DNA from: Eledone cirrhosa
Taxonomy: Eukaryota
DNA: 64,000 bases
Direction of reading: 5' to 3'
NCBI GenBank assembly: GCA_964016885.1
Contig: OZ024746.1
Span: forward strand, 52,142,001 to 52,206,000
Below, one piece after another: positions 39,904 to 54,900 of the stretch. The notes below the pieces were generated by a model that ran no database searches, was not told the DNA's origin, and saw nothing but the letters and a program-made list of their open reading frames with translations. Position 1 is the first letter of the stretch, and every line of letters starts with the position of its first letter. Made by a program: the position numbers and the translations under genes.

Positions 39904-42900
39904 GGCATAGAATGGTGTATTACGGTGTATGTTGTATGGTATGGAATTCTATGTATTGGGTATGTTATACTTAGTATGGAGTAGTGTATGGTATAGTATG
40001 GTGTATATAGGTGTGTCTTGTATGGTGAGGAATTCTATGTATTGGGTATGTTATAATTTGAATAGAGTAGTGTATGGCATAGGCTGGTGAATATAGGTGT
40101 GTGTTGTATGTTATGGAATGCTATGTATTGGGTATGTTATACTTTGTATGGAGTAGTGTATGGTATTAAATGGTGTATATAGGTGTGTGTTGTATGGTAT
40201 GGAATTCTATGTATTGGGTATGTTATAGTTAGTATGGAGTAGTGTATGGTATAGAATGGTGTATATAGGTGTGTGTTGTATGGTATGGAATTCTATGTAT
40301 TGGGTATGTTATACTTAGTATGGAGTAGTGTATGGCATAGAATGGTGTATATAGGTGTGTGTTGTATGGTATGGAATTCTATGTATTGGGTATGTTATAC
40401 TTTGAATAGAGTAGTGTATGGTATAGAATGGTGTAGATAGATGTGTGCTGTATGGTATGGAATTCTATGTATTAGGTATGTTATACTGAGTATGGATTAG
40501 TGTATGGTATAGAATGGTGTATATAGCTGTGTGTTGTATGGTATGGAATTCTATGAATTGGGTATGTTATACTTAGTATGGAGTAGTGTATGGCATAGAC
40601 TGGTGTATATAGGTGTGTGTTGTATGGTATGGAATGCTATGTATTGGGTATGTTATACTTAGTATGGAGTAGAGTATGGTATAGAATGGTGTATATAGGT
40701 GTGTGTTGTATGGTATGGAATTCTATGTATTGGTTATGTTATATTTAGTATGGAGTAGTGTATGGCATAGAATGGTGTATATAGGTGTGTCTTGTATGGT
40801 AAGGAATTCTATGTATTGGGTATGTTATACTTTTAATAGAGTAGTGTATGGTATAGAATGGTGTATATAGGTGTGTGTTGTATGGCATGGAATTCTATGT
40901 ATTGGGTATGTGATATTTAGTATGGAGTAGTGTATGGCATAGACTGGTGAATATAGGTGTGTGTTGTATGTTATGGAATGCTATGTATTGGTTATGTTAT
41001 ACTTTGTATGGAGTAGTGTATGGTATAGAATGGTGTATATAGGTGTGTGTTGTATGGTATGGAATTCTATGTATTGGGTATGTTATAGTTAGTATGGAGT
41101 AGTGTATGGTATAGAATGGTGTATATAGGTGTGTGTTGTATTGTATGGAATTCGATGTATTAGGTATGTTATACTGAGTATGGAGTAGTGTATGGTATCG
41201 AATGGTGTATATAGGTGTGTGTTGTATGGTATCGAATGGTGTATATAGGTGTGTGTTGTATGGTATGGAATTCTATGAATTGGGTATGTTATATTTAGTA
41301 TGGAGTAATGTATGGTATAGAATGGTGTATATAGGTGTGTGTTGTATGGTATGGAATTCTATGTATTGGGTATGTTATACTTAGTATGGAGTAGTGTATG
41401 GCATAGACTGGTGTATATAGGTGTGTGTTGTATGGTATGGAATGCTATGTATTGGGTATGTTATACTTAGTATGGAGTAGAGTATGGTATAGAATGGTGT
41501 ATATAGGTGTGTGTTGTATGGTATGGAATTCTATGTGTTGGTTATGTTATATTTAGTATGGAGTAGTGTATGGCATAGAATGGTGTATTACGGTGTATGT
41601 TGTATGGTATGGAATTCTATGTATTGGGTATGTTATACTTAGTATGGAGTAGTGTATCGTATAGTATGGTGTATATAGGTGTGTCTTGTATGGTAAGGAA
41701 TTCTATGTATTGGGTATGTTATACTTTGAATAGAGTAGTGTATGGCATAGGCTGGTGAATATAGGTGTGTGTTGTATGTTATGGAATGCTATGTATTGGG
41801 TATGTTATACTTTGTATGGAGTAGTGTATGGTATAGAATGGTGTATATAGGTGTGTGTTGTATGGTATGGAATTCTATGTATTGGGTATGTTATAGTTAG
41901 TATGGAGTAGTGTATGGTATAGAATGGTGTATATAGTTGTGTGTTGTATGGTATGGAATTCTATGTATTAGGTACGTTATATTGAGTATGGAGTAGAGTA
42001 TGGTATAGAATGGTGTATATAGGTGTGTGTTGTATGGTATGGAATTCTATATATTGGGTATGTTATACTTAATATGGAGTAGTGTATGGTATAGAATGGT
42101 GTATATAGGTGTGTGTTGTATGGTATGTAATTCTATGTATTAGGTATGTTATACTGAGTATGGAGTAGTGTATGGTATAGATTGGTGTATATAGGTGCGT
42201 GTTGTATGGTATGGAATTCTATGAATTGGGTATGTTATATTTAGTATGGAGTAGTGTATGGCATAGACTGGTGTATATAGGTGTGTGTTGTATGGTATGG
42301 AATTTTATGTATTGGGTATGTTATACTTTGTATGGAGTAGTGTATGGTATAGAATGGTGTATATAGGTGTGTGTTGTATTGCATGGAATTCTATGTATTG
42401 GGTATGTTATACTTAGTATGGAGTAGTGTATGACATAGACTGGTGTATATAGGTGTGTGTTGTATGGTATGGAATGCTATGTATTGGGTATGTTATACTT
42501 TGTATGGAGTAGTGTATGGTATAGAATGGTGTATATAGGTGTGTGTTGTATGGTATGGAATTCTATGTATTGGGTATGTTATACTTAGTATGGAGTAGTG
42601 TATGGTATAGAATGGTGTATATAGGTGTGTGTCTTATGGTATGGAATTCTATGTATTGGTTATGTTATATTTAGTATGGAGTAGTGTATGGCATAGAATG
42701 GTGTACATAGGTGTGTGTTGTATGGTATGGAATTCTATGTATTGGGTATGTTATACTTTGAATAGAGTAGTGTATGGTATAGAATGGTGTATATAGATGT
42801 GTGCTGTATGGTATGGAATTCTATGTATTAGGTATGTTATACTGAGTATGGATTAGTGTATGGTATAGAATGGTGTATATAGGTGTGTGTGGTATGGTAT

Positions 42901-45900
42901 GGAATTCTATGAATTGGGTAAGTTATATTTAGTACGGAGTAGTGTATGGTATAGAATGGTGTATATAGGTGTGTGTTGTATGGTATGGAATTCTATGTAT
43001 TGGGTATGTTATACTTAGTATGGAGTAGTGTATGGCATAGACTGGTGTATATAGGTGTGTGTTGTATGGAATGGAATGCTATGTATTGGGTATGTTATAC
43101 TTTGTATGGAGTAGTGTATGGTATAGAATGGTGTATATAGGTGTGTGTTGTATGGTATGGAATTCAATGTATTGGGTATGTTATACTTAGTATGAAGTAG
43201 TGAATGGTATAGTATGGTGTATATAGGTGTGTCATGTATGGCAAGGAATTCTATGTTTTGGGTATGTTATACTTTGAATAGAGTAGTGTATGGTATAGAA
43301 TGGTGTATATAGATGTGTGTTGTATGGTATGGAATTTTATGTATTGGGTATGTTATACTTAATATGGAGTAGTGTATGGTATAGAATGCTGTATATATGT
43401 GTGTGTTGTATGGTATGGAATTCTATGTATTGTGTATGTTATATTTTGTATGGTGTAGTGTATGGTATAGAATGGTGTATATAGGTGTGTGTTGTATGGT
43501 ATGGAATTCTATGTATTGGGTATGTCATACTGAATATGGAATAGTGTATGGTATAGAATGGTGTATATAGGTGTATGTTGTAAGGTATGGAATTCTATGT
43601 ATTGGGTATGTTATAATTTGTATGGAGTAGTGTATGGTATAGAATGGTGTATATAGGTGTGTGTCGTATGGTATGGAATTCTATGTATTAGGTATGTTAT
43701 ACTGAGTATGGAGTAGTGTATGGTATCGAATGGTGTATATAGGTGTGTGTGGTATGGTATGGAATTCTATGAATTGGGTATGTTATATTTAGTATGGAGT
43801 AGTGTATGGTATAGAATGGTGTATATAGGTGTGTGTTGTATAGTATGGAATTCTATGTATTGGGTATGTTATACTTAGTATGGAGTAGTGTATGGCATAG
43901 ACTGGTGTATATAGGTGTGTGTTGTATGGTATGGAATTCTATGTATTGGTTATGTTTTATTTAGTATGGAGTAGTGTATGGCATAGAATGGTGTATATAG
44001 GTGTGTGTTGTATGGTATGGAATTTTATGTATTGGGTATGTTATACTTAGTATGGAGTAGTGTATGGTATAGTATGGTGTAGATAGGTGTGTCTTGTATG
44101 GTAAGGAATTCTATGTATTGGGTATGTTATACTTTGAATAGAGTAGTGTATGGTATAGAATGGTGTATATAGGTGTGTGTTGTATGGTATGGAATTCTAT
44201 GTATTGGGTATGTGATATTTAGTATGGAGTAGTGTATGGCATAGACTGGTGAATATAGGTGTGTGTTGTATGTTATGGAATGCTATGTATTGGTTATGTT
44301 ATACTTTGTATGGAGTAGTGTTTGGTATAGAATGGTGTATATAGGTGTGTGTTGTATGGTATGGAATTCTATGAATTGGGTATTATATATTTAGTATGGA
44401 GTAGTGTATGGTATAGAATGGTGTATATAGGTGTGTGTTGTATGGTATGGAATTCTATGTATTGGGTATGTTATACTTAGTATGGAGTAGTGTATGGCAT
44501 AGACTGGTGTATATAGGTGTGTGTTGTATGGTATGGAATTCTATGTATTAGGTACGTTATATTGAGTATGGAGTAGAGTATGGTATAGAATGGTGTATAT
44601 AGGTGTGTGTTGTAAGGTATGGAATTCTATACATTGGGTATGTTATAGTTAGTATGGAGTAGTGTATGGTATAGAATGGTGTATATAGGTGTGTGTTGTA
44701 TGGTATGGAATTCTATGTATTAGGTATGTTATACTGAGTATGGAGTAGTGTATGGTATCGAATGATGTATATAGGTGTGTGTTGTATGGTATCGAATGGT
44801 GTATATAGGTGTGTGTTGTATGGTATGGAATTCTATGAATTGGGTATGTTATATTTAGTATGGAGTAGTGTATGGTATAGAATGGTCTATATAGGTGTGT
44901 GTTGTATGGTATGGAATTCTATGTATTGGGTATGTTATACTTAGTATGGAGTAGTGTATGGCATAGACTGGTGTATATAGGTGTGTGTTGTATGGTATGG
45001 AATGCTATGTATTGGGTATGTTTTACTTAGTGTGGAGTAGAGTATGGTATAGAATGATGTATATAGGTGTGTGTTGTATGGTATGGAATTCTATGTATTG
45101 GTTATGTTATATTTAGTATGGAGTAGTGTATGGCATAGAATGGTGTATTACGGTGTATGTTGTATGGTATGGAATTCTATGTATTGGGTATGTTATACTT
45201 AGTATGGAGTAGTGTATGGTATAGTATGGTGTATATAGGTGTGTCTTGTATGGTAAGGAATTCTATGTATTGGGTATGTGTTAATTTGAATAGAGTAGTG
45301 TATGGCATAGGCTGGTGAATATAGGTGTGTGTTGTATGTTATGGAATGCTATGTATTGGGTATGTTATACTTTGTATGGAGTAGTGTATGGTATAGAATG
45401 GTGTATATAGGTGTGTGTTGTATGGTATGGAATTCTATGTATTGGGTATGTTATAGTTAGTATGGAGTAGTGTATGGTATAGAATGGTGTATATAGGTGT
45501 GTGTTGTATGGTATGGAATTCTATGTATTAGGTATGTTATACTGAGTATGGAGTAGTGTATGGTATAGATTGGTGTATATAGGTGCGTGTTGTATGGTAT
45601 GGAATTCTATGAATTGGGTATGTTATATTTAGTATGGAGTAGTGTATGGCATAGACTGGTGTATATAGGTGTGTGTTGTATGGTATGGAATTTTATGTAT
45701 TGGGTATGTTATACTTTATATGGAGTAGTGTATGGTATAGAATGGTGTATATAGGTGTGTGTTGTATTGCATGGAATTCTATGTATTGGGTATGTTATAC
45801 TTAGTATGGAGTAGTGTATGGCATAGACTGGTGTATATAGGTGTGTGTTGTATGGTATGGAATGCTATGTATTGTGTATGTTATACTTTGTATGGAGTAG

Positions 45901-48900
45901 TGTATGGTATAGAATGGTGTATATAGGTGTGTGTCGTATGGTATGGATTTCTATGTATTGGTTATGTTATATTTAGTATGGAGTAGTGTATGGCATAGAA
46001 TGGTGTATATAGGTGTGACTTGTATGGTATGGAATTCAATGTATTGGGTATGTTATACTTAGTATGAAGTAGTGAATGGTATAGTATGGTGTATATATGT
46101 GTGTCATGTATGGTAAGGAATTCTATGTATTGGGTGTGTTATACTTAGTATGGAGTAGTGTATGGTATAGAATGGTGTATATAGGTGTGTGTTGTATGGT
46201 ATGGAATTCTATGTATTAGGTATGTTATACTGAGTATGGAGTAGTGTATGGTATCGAATGGTGTATATAGGTGTGTGTTGTATGGTATGGAATTCTATGA
46301 ATTGGGTATGTTATATTTAGTATGGAGTAGTGTATGGTATAGAATGGTTTATATAGGTGTGTGTTGTATAGTATGGAATTCTATGTATTGGGTATGTTAT
46401 ACTTAGTATGGAGTAGTGTATGGCATAGACTGGTGTATATAGGTGTGTGTTGTATGGTATGGAATGCTATGTATTGGGTATGTTTTACTTAGTATGGAGT
46501 AGAGTATGGTATAGAATGGTGTATATAGGTGTGTGTTGTATGGTATGGAATTCTATGTATTGGTTATGTTTTATTTAGTATGGAGTAGTGTATGGTATAG
46601 AATGGTGTATATAGGTGTGTGTTGTATGGTATGGAATTTTATGTATTGGGTATGTTATACTTAGTATGGAGTAGTGTATGGTATAGTATGGTGTAGATAG
46701 GTGTGTCTTGTATGGTAAGGAATTCTATGTATTGTGTATGTTATACTTTGAATAGAGTAGTGTATGGTATAGAATGGTGTATATAGGTGTGTGTTGTATG
46801 GTATGGAATTCTATGTATTGGGTATGTGATATTTAGTATGGAGTAGTGTATGGCATAGACTGGTGAATATAGGTGTGTGTTGTATGTTATGGAATGCTAT
46901 GTATTGGTTATGTTATATTTTGTATGGAGTAGTGTATGGTATAGAATGGTGTATATAGGTGTGTGTTGTATGGTATGGAATTCTATGTATTGGGTATGTT
47001 ATAGTTAGTATGGAGTAGTGTATGGTATAGAATGGTGTATATAGGTGTGTGTTGTATGGTATGGAATTCTATGTATTAGGTATGTTATACTTAGTATGGA
47101 GTAGTGTATGGCATAGACTGGTGTATATAGGTGTGTGTTGTATGGTATGGAATTCTATGTATTAGGTATGTTATACTGAGTATGGAGTAGTGTATGGTAT
47201 CGAATGGTGTATATAGGTGTGTGTTGTATGGTATCGAATGGTGTATATAGGTGTGTGTTGTATGGTATGGAATTCTATGAATTGGGTATTATATATTTAG
47301 TATGGAGTAGTGTATGGTATAGAATGGTGTATATAGGTGTGTGTTGTATGGTATGGAATTCTATGTATTGGGTATGTTATACTTAGTATGGAGTAGTGTA
47401 TGGCATAGACTGGTGTATATAGGTGTGTGTTGTGTGGTATGGAATGCTATGTATGCTATGTATTGGGTATGTTATACTTTGTATGGAGTAGTGTATGGTA
47501 TAGAATGGTGTATATAGGTGTGTTGTATGGTATGGAATTCTATGTATTGGGTATGTTATAGTTAGTATAGAGTAGTGTATGGTATAGAATGGTGTATATA
47601 GGTGTGTGTTGTATGGTATGGAATTCTATGTATTAGGTACGTTATATTGAGTATGGAGTAGAGTATGGTATAGAATGGTGTATATAGGTGTGTGTTGTAT
47701 GGTATGGAATTCTATACATTGGGTATGTTATAGTTAGTATGGAGTAGTGTATGGTATAGAATGGTGTATATAGGTGTGTGTTGTATGGTATGGAATTCTA
47801 TGTATTAGGTATGTTATACTGAGTATGGAGTAGTGTATGGTATCGAATGATGTATATAGGTGTGTGTTGTATGGTATCGAATGGTGTATATAGGTGTGTG
47901 TTGTATGGTATGGAATTCTATGAATTGGGTATGTTATATTTAGTATGGAGTAGTGTATGGTATAGAATGGTCTATATAGGTGTGTGTTGTATGGTATGGA
48001 ATTCTATGTATTGGGTATGTTATACTTAGTATGGAGTAGTGTATGGCATAGAATGGTGTATATAGGTGTGTGTTGTATGGTATGGAATTTTATGTATTGG
48101 GTATGTTATACTTAGTATGGAGTAGTGTATGGTATAGTATGGTGTAGATAGGTGTGTCTTGTATGGTAAGGAATTCTATGTATTGTGTATGTTATACTTT
48201 GAATAGAGTAGTGTATGGTATAGAATGGTGTATATAGGTGTGTGTTGTATGGTATGGAATTCTATGTATTGGGTATGTGATATTTAGTATGGAGTAGTGT
48301 ATGGCATAGACTGGTGAATATAGGTGTGTGTTGTATGTTATGGAATGCTATGTATTGGTTATGTTATATTTTGTATGGAGTAGTGTATGGTATAGAATGG
48401 TGTATATAGGTGTGTGTTGTATGGTATGGAATTCTATGTATTGGGTATGTTATAGTTAGTATGGAGTAGTGTATGGTATAGAATGGTGTATATAGGTGTG
48501 TGTTGTATGGTATGGAATTCTATGTATTAGGTATGTTATACTGAGTATGGAGTAGTGTATGGTATCGAATGGTGTATATAGGTGTGTGTTGTATGGTATC
48601 GAATGGTGTATATAGGTGTGTGTTGTATGGTATGGAATTCTATGAATTGGGTATTATATATTTAGTATGGAGTAGTGTATGGTATAGAATGGTGTATATA
48701 GGTGTGTGTTGTATGGTATGGAATTCTATGTATTGGGTATGTTATACTTAGTATGGAGTAGTGTATGGCATAGACTGGTGTATATAGGTGTGTGTTGTAT
48801 GGTATGGAATTCTATGAATTGGGTATGTTATATTTAGTATGGAGTAGTGTATGGTATAGAATGGTCTATATAGGTGTGTGTTGTATGGTATGGAATTCTA

Positions 48901-51900
48901 TGTATTGGGTATGTTATACTTAGTATGGAGTAGTGTATGGCATAGACTGGTGTATATAGGTGTGTGTTGTATGGTATGGAATGCTATGTATTGGGTATGT
49001 TATGCTTAGTATGGAGTAGAGTATGGTATAGAATGGTGTATATAGGTGTGTGTTGTATGGTATGGAATTCTATGTATTGGTTATGTTATATTTAGTATGG
49101 AGTAGTGTATGGCATAGAATGGTGTATTACGGTGTATGTTGTATGGTATGGAATTCTATGTATTGGGTATGTTATACTTAGTATGGAGTAGTGTATGGTA
49201 TAGTATGGTGTATATAGGTGTGTCTTGTATGGTAAGGAATTCTATGTATTGGGTATGTGTTAATTTGAATAGAGTAGTGTATGGCATAGGCTGGTGAATA
49301 TAGGTGTGTGTTGTATGTTATGGAATGCTATGTATTGGGTATGTTATACTTTGTATGGAGTAGTGTATGGTATAGAATGGTGTATATAGGTGTGTGTTGT
49401 ATGGTATGGAATTCTATGTATTGGGTATGTTATAGTTAGTATGGAGTAGTGTATGGTATAGAATGGTGTATATAGGTGTGTGTTGTATGGTATGGAATTC
49501 TATGTATTAGGTATGTTATACTGAGTATGGAGTAGTGTATGGTATAGATTGGTGTATATAGGTGCGTGTTGTATGGTATGGAATTCTATGAATTGAGTAT
49601 GTTATATTTAGTATGGAGTAGTGTATGGCATAGACTGGTGTATATAGGTGTGTGTTGTATGGTATGGAATTTTATGTATTGGGTATGTTATACTTTATAT
49701 GGAGTAGTGTATGGTATAGAATGGTGTATATAGGTGTGTGTTGTATTGCATGGAATTCTATGTATTGGGTATGTTATACTTAGTATGGAGTAGTGTATGG
49801 CATAGACTGGTGTATATAGGTGTGTGTTGTATGGTATGGAATGCTATGTATTGTGTATGTTATACTTTGTATGGAGTAGTATATGGTATAGAATGGTGTA
49901 TATAGGTGTATGTTGTAAGGTATGGAATTCTATGTATTGGGTATGTTATAATTTGTATGGAGTAGTGTATGGTATAGAATGGTGTATATAGGTGTGTGTC
50001 GTATGGTATGGATTTCTATGTATTGGTTATGTTATATTTAGTATGGAGTAGTGTATGGCATAGAATGGTGTATATAGGTGTGTGTTGTATGGTATGGAAT
50101 TCAATGTATTGGGTATGTTATACTTAGTATGAAGTAGTGAATGGTATAGTATGGTGTATATAGGTGTGTCATGTATGGTAAGGAATTCTATGTATTGGGT
50201 GTGTTATACTTAGTATGGAGTAGTGTATGGTATAGAATGGTGTATATAGGTGTGTGTTGTATGGTATGGAATTCTATGTATTAGGTATGTTATACTGAGT
50301 ATGGAGTAGTGTATGGTATCGAATGGTGTATATAGGTGTGTGTTGTATGGTATGGAATTCAATGAATTGGGTATGTTATATTTAGTATGGAGTAGTGTAT
50401 GGTATAGAATGGTTTATATAGGTGTGTGTTGTATAGTATGGAATTCTATGTATTGGGTATGTTATACTTAGTATGGAGTAGTGTATGGCATAGACTGGTG
50501 TATATAGGTGTGTGTTGTATGGTATGGAATGCTATGTATTGGGTATGTTTTACTTAGTATGGAGTAGAGTATGGTATAGAATGGTGTATATAGGTGTGTG
50601 TTGTATGGTATGGAATTCTATGTATTGGTTATGTTTTATTTATTATGGAGTAGTGTATGGCATAGAATGGTGTATATAGGTGTGTGTTGTATGGTATGGA
50701 ATTTTATGTATTGGGTATGTTATACTTAGTATGGAGTAGTGTATGGTATAGTATGGTGTAGATAGGTGTGTCTTGTATGGTAAGGAATTCTATGTATTGG
50801 GTATGTTATACTTTGAATAGAGTAGTGTATGGTATAGAATGGTGTATATAGGTGTGTGTTGTATGGTATGGAATTCTATGTATTGGGTATGTGATATTTA
50901 GTATGGAGTAGTGTATGGCATAGACTGGTGAATATAGGTGTGTGTTGTATGTTATGGAATGCTATGTATTGGTTATGTTATATTTTGTATGGAGTAGTGT
51001 ATGGTATAGAATGGTGTATATAGGTGTGTGTTGTATGGTATGGAATTCTATGTATTGGGTATGTTATAGTTAGTATGGAGTAGTGTATGGTATAGAATGG
51101 TGTATATAGGTGTGTGTTGTATGGTATGGAATTCTATGTATTAGGTATGTTATACTGAGTATGGAGTAGTGTATGGTATCGAATGGTGTATATAGGTGTG
51201 TGTTGTATGGTATCGAATGGTGTATATAGGTGTGTGTTGTATGGTATGGAATTCTATGAATTGGGTATTATATATTTAGTATGGAGTAGTGTATGGTATA
51301 GAATGGTGTATATAGGTGTGTGTTGTATGGTATGGAATTCTATGTATTGGGTATGTTATACTTAGTATGGAGTAGTGTATGGCATAGACTGGTGTATATA
51401 GGTGTGTGTTGTGTGGTATGGAATGCTATGTATTGGGTATGTTATACTTTGTATGGAGTAGTGTATGGTATAGAATGGTGTATATAGGTGTGTGTTGTAT
51501 GGTATGGAATTCTATGTATTGGGTATGTTATAGTTAGTATGGAGTAGTGTATGGTATAGAATGGTGTATATAGGTGTGTGTTGTATGGTATGGAATTCTA
51601 TGTATTAGGTACGTTATATTGAGTATGGAGTAGAGTATGGTATAGAATGGTGTATATAGGTGTGTGTTGTATGGTATGGAATTCTATATATTGGGTATGT
51701 TATACTTAATATGGAGTAGTGTATGGTATAGAATTGTGTATATAGGTGTGTGTTGTATGGTATGGAATTCTATGTATTAGGTATGTTATACTGAGTATGG
51801 AGTAGTGTATGGTATAGATTGGTGTATATAGGTGCGTGTTGTATGGTATGGAATTCTATGAATTGGGTATGTTATATTTAGTATGGAGTAGTGTATGGCA

Positions 51901-54900
51901 TAGACTGGTGTATATAGGTGTGTGTTGTATGGTATGGAATGTTATGTATTGGGTATGTTATACTTTGTATGGAGTAGTGTATGGTATAGAATGGTGTATA
52001 TAGGTGTGTGTTGTATTGCATGGAATTCTATGTATTGGGTATGTTATACTTAGTATGGAGTAGTGTATGGCATAGGCTGGTGTATATAGGTGTGTTTTTG
52101 TATGGTATGGAATGCTATGTATTGGGTATGTTATACTTTGTATGGAGTAGTGTATGGTATAGAATGGTGTATATAGGTGTGTGTCTTATGGTATGGAATT
52201 CTATGTATTGGTTATGTTATATTTAGTATGGAGTAGTGTATGGCATAGAATGGTGTACATAGGTGTGTGTTGTATGGTATGGAATTCTATGTATTGGGTA
52301 TGTTATACTTTGAATAGAGTAGTGTATGGTATAGAATGGTGTATATAGATGTGTGCTGTATGGTATGGAATTCTATGTATTAGGTATGTTATACTGAGTA
52401 TGGATTAGTGTATGGTATAGAATGGTGTATATAGGTGTGTGTTGTATGGTATGGAATTCTATGAATTGGGTATGTTATATTTAGTATGGAGTAGTGTATG
52501 GTATAGAATGGTGTATATAGGTGTGTGTTGTATGGTATGGGATTCTATGTATTGGGTATGTTATACTTAGTATGGAGTAGTGTATGGCATAGACTGGTGT
52601 ATATAGGTGTGTGTTGTATGGAATGGAATGCTATGTATTGGGTATGTTATACTTTGTATGGAGTAGCGTATGGTATAGAATGGTGTATATAGGTGTGTGT
52701 TGTATGGTATGGAATTCTATGTATTGGGTATGTTATACTTAGTATGGAGTAGTGTATGGTATAGAATGGTGTATATAGCTGTGTGTCGTATGGTATGGAA
52801 TGCTATGTATTGGTTATGTTATATTTAGTATGGAGTAGTGTATGGCATAGAATGGTGTATATAGGTGTGTGTTGTATGGTATGGAATTCAATGTATTGGG
52901 TATGTTATACTTAGTATGAAGTAGTGAATGGTATAGTATGGTGTATATAGGTGTGTCATGTATGGCAAGGAATTCTATGTGTTGGGTATGTTATACTTTG
53001 AATAGAGTAGTGTATGGTATAGAATGGTGTATATAGATGTGTGTTGTATGGTATGGAATTTTATGTATTGGGTATGTTATACAGAATATGGAATAGTGTA
53101 TGGTATAGAATGGTGTATATAGGTGTATGTTGTAATGTATGGAATTCTATGTATTGGGTATGTTATAATTTGTATGGAGTAGTGTATGGTATAGAATGCT
53201 GTATATATGTGTGTGTTGTATGGTATGGAATTCTATGTATTGTGTATGTTATATTTTGTATGGTGTAGTGTATGGTATAGAATGGTGTATATAGGTGTGT
53301 GTTGTATGGTATGGAATTCTATGTATTGGGTATGTTATACTGAATATGGAATAGTGTATGGTATAGAATGGTGTATATAGGTGTATGTTGTAAGGTATGG
53401 AATTCTATGTATTGGGTATGTTATAATTTGTATGGAGTAGTGTATGGTATAGAATGGTGTATATAGGTGTGTGTCGTATGGTATGGATTTCTATGTATTG
53501 GTTATGTTATATTTAGTATGGAGTAGTGTATGGCATAGAATAGTGTATATAGGTGTGTGTTGTATGGTATGGAATTCAATGTATTGGGTATGTTATACTT
53601 AGTATGAAGTAGTGAATGGTATAGTATGGTGTATATAGGTGTGTCATGTATGGTAAGGAATTCTATGTATTGGGTGTGTTATACTTAGTATGGTGTAGTG
53701 TATGGTATAGAATGGTGTATATAGGTGTGTGTTGTATGGTATGGAATTCTATGTATTAGGTATGTTATACTGAGTATGGAGTAGTGTATGGTATCGAATG
53801 GTGTATATAGGTGTGTGTTGTATGGTATGGAATTCTATGAATTGGGTATGTTATATTTAGTATGGAGTAGTGTATGGTATAGAATGGTGTATATAGGTGT
53901 GTGTTGTATAGTATGGAATTCTATGTATTGGGTATGTTATACTTAGTATGTAGTAGTGTATGGCATAGACTGGTGTATATAGGTGTGTGTTGTATGGTAT
54001 GGAATGCTATGTATTGGGTATGTTTTACTTAGTATGGAGTAGAGTATGGTATAGAATGGTGTATATAGGTGTGTGTTGTATGGTATGGAATTTTATGTAT
54101 TGGGTATGTTATACTTAGTATGGAGTAGTGTATGGTATAGTATGGTGTATATAGGTGTGTCTTGTATGGTAAGGAATTCTATGTATTGGGTATGTTATAC
54201 TTTGAATAGAGTAGTGTATGGTATAGAATGGTGTATATAGGTGTGTGTTGTATGGTATGGAATTCTATGTATTGGGTATGTGATATTTAGTATGGAGTAG
54301 TGTATGGCATAGACTGGTGAATATAGGTGTGTGTTGTATGTTATGGAATGCTATGTATTGGTAATGTTATACTTTGTATGGAGTAGTGTATGGTATAGAA
54401 TGGTGTATATAGGTGTGTGTTGTATGGTATGGAATTCTATGTATTGGGTATGTTATAGTTAGTATGGAGTAGTGTATGGTATAGAATGGTGTATATAGGT
54501 GTGTGTTGTATGGTATGGAATTCTATATATTAGGTATGTTATACTGAGTATGGAGTAGTGTATGGTATCGAATGGTGTATATAGGTGTGTGTTGTATGGT
54601 ATCGAATGGTGTATATAGGTGTGTGTTGTATGGTATGGAATTCTATGTATTGGTTATGTTATATTTAGTATGGAGTAGTGTATGGCATAGAATGGTGTAT
54701 TACGGTGTATGTTGTATGGTATGGAATTCTATGTATTGGGTATGTTATACTTAGTATGGAGTAGTGTATGGTATAGTATGGTGTATATAGGTGTGTCTTG
54801 TATGGTAAGGAATTCTATGTATTGGGTATGTTTCAATTTGAATAGAGTAGTGTATGGCATAGGCTGGTGAATATAGGTGTGTTGTATGTTATGGAATGCT

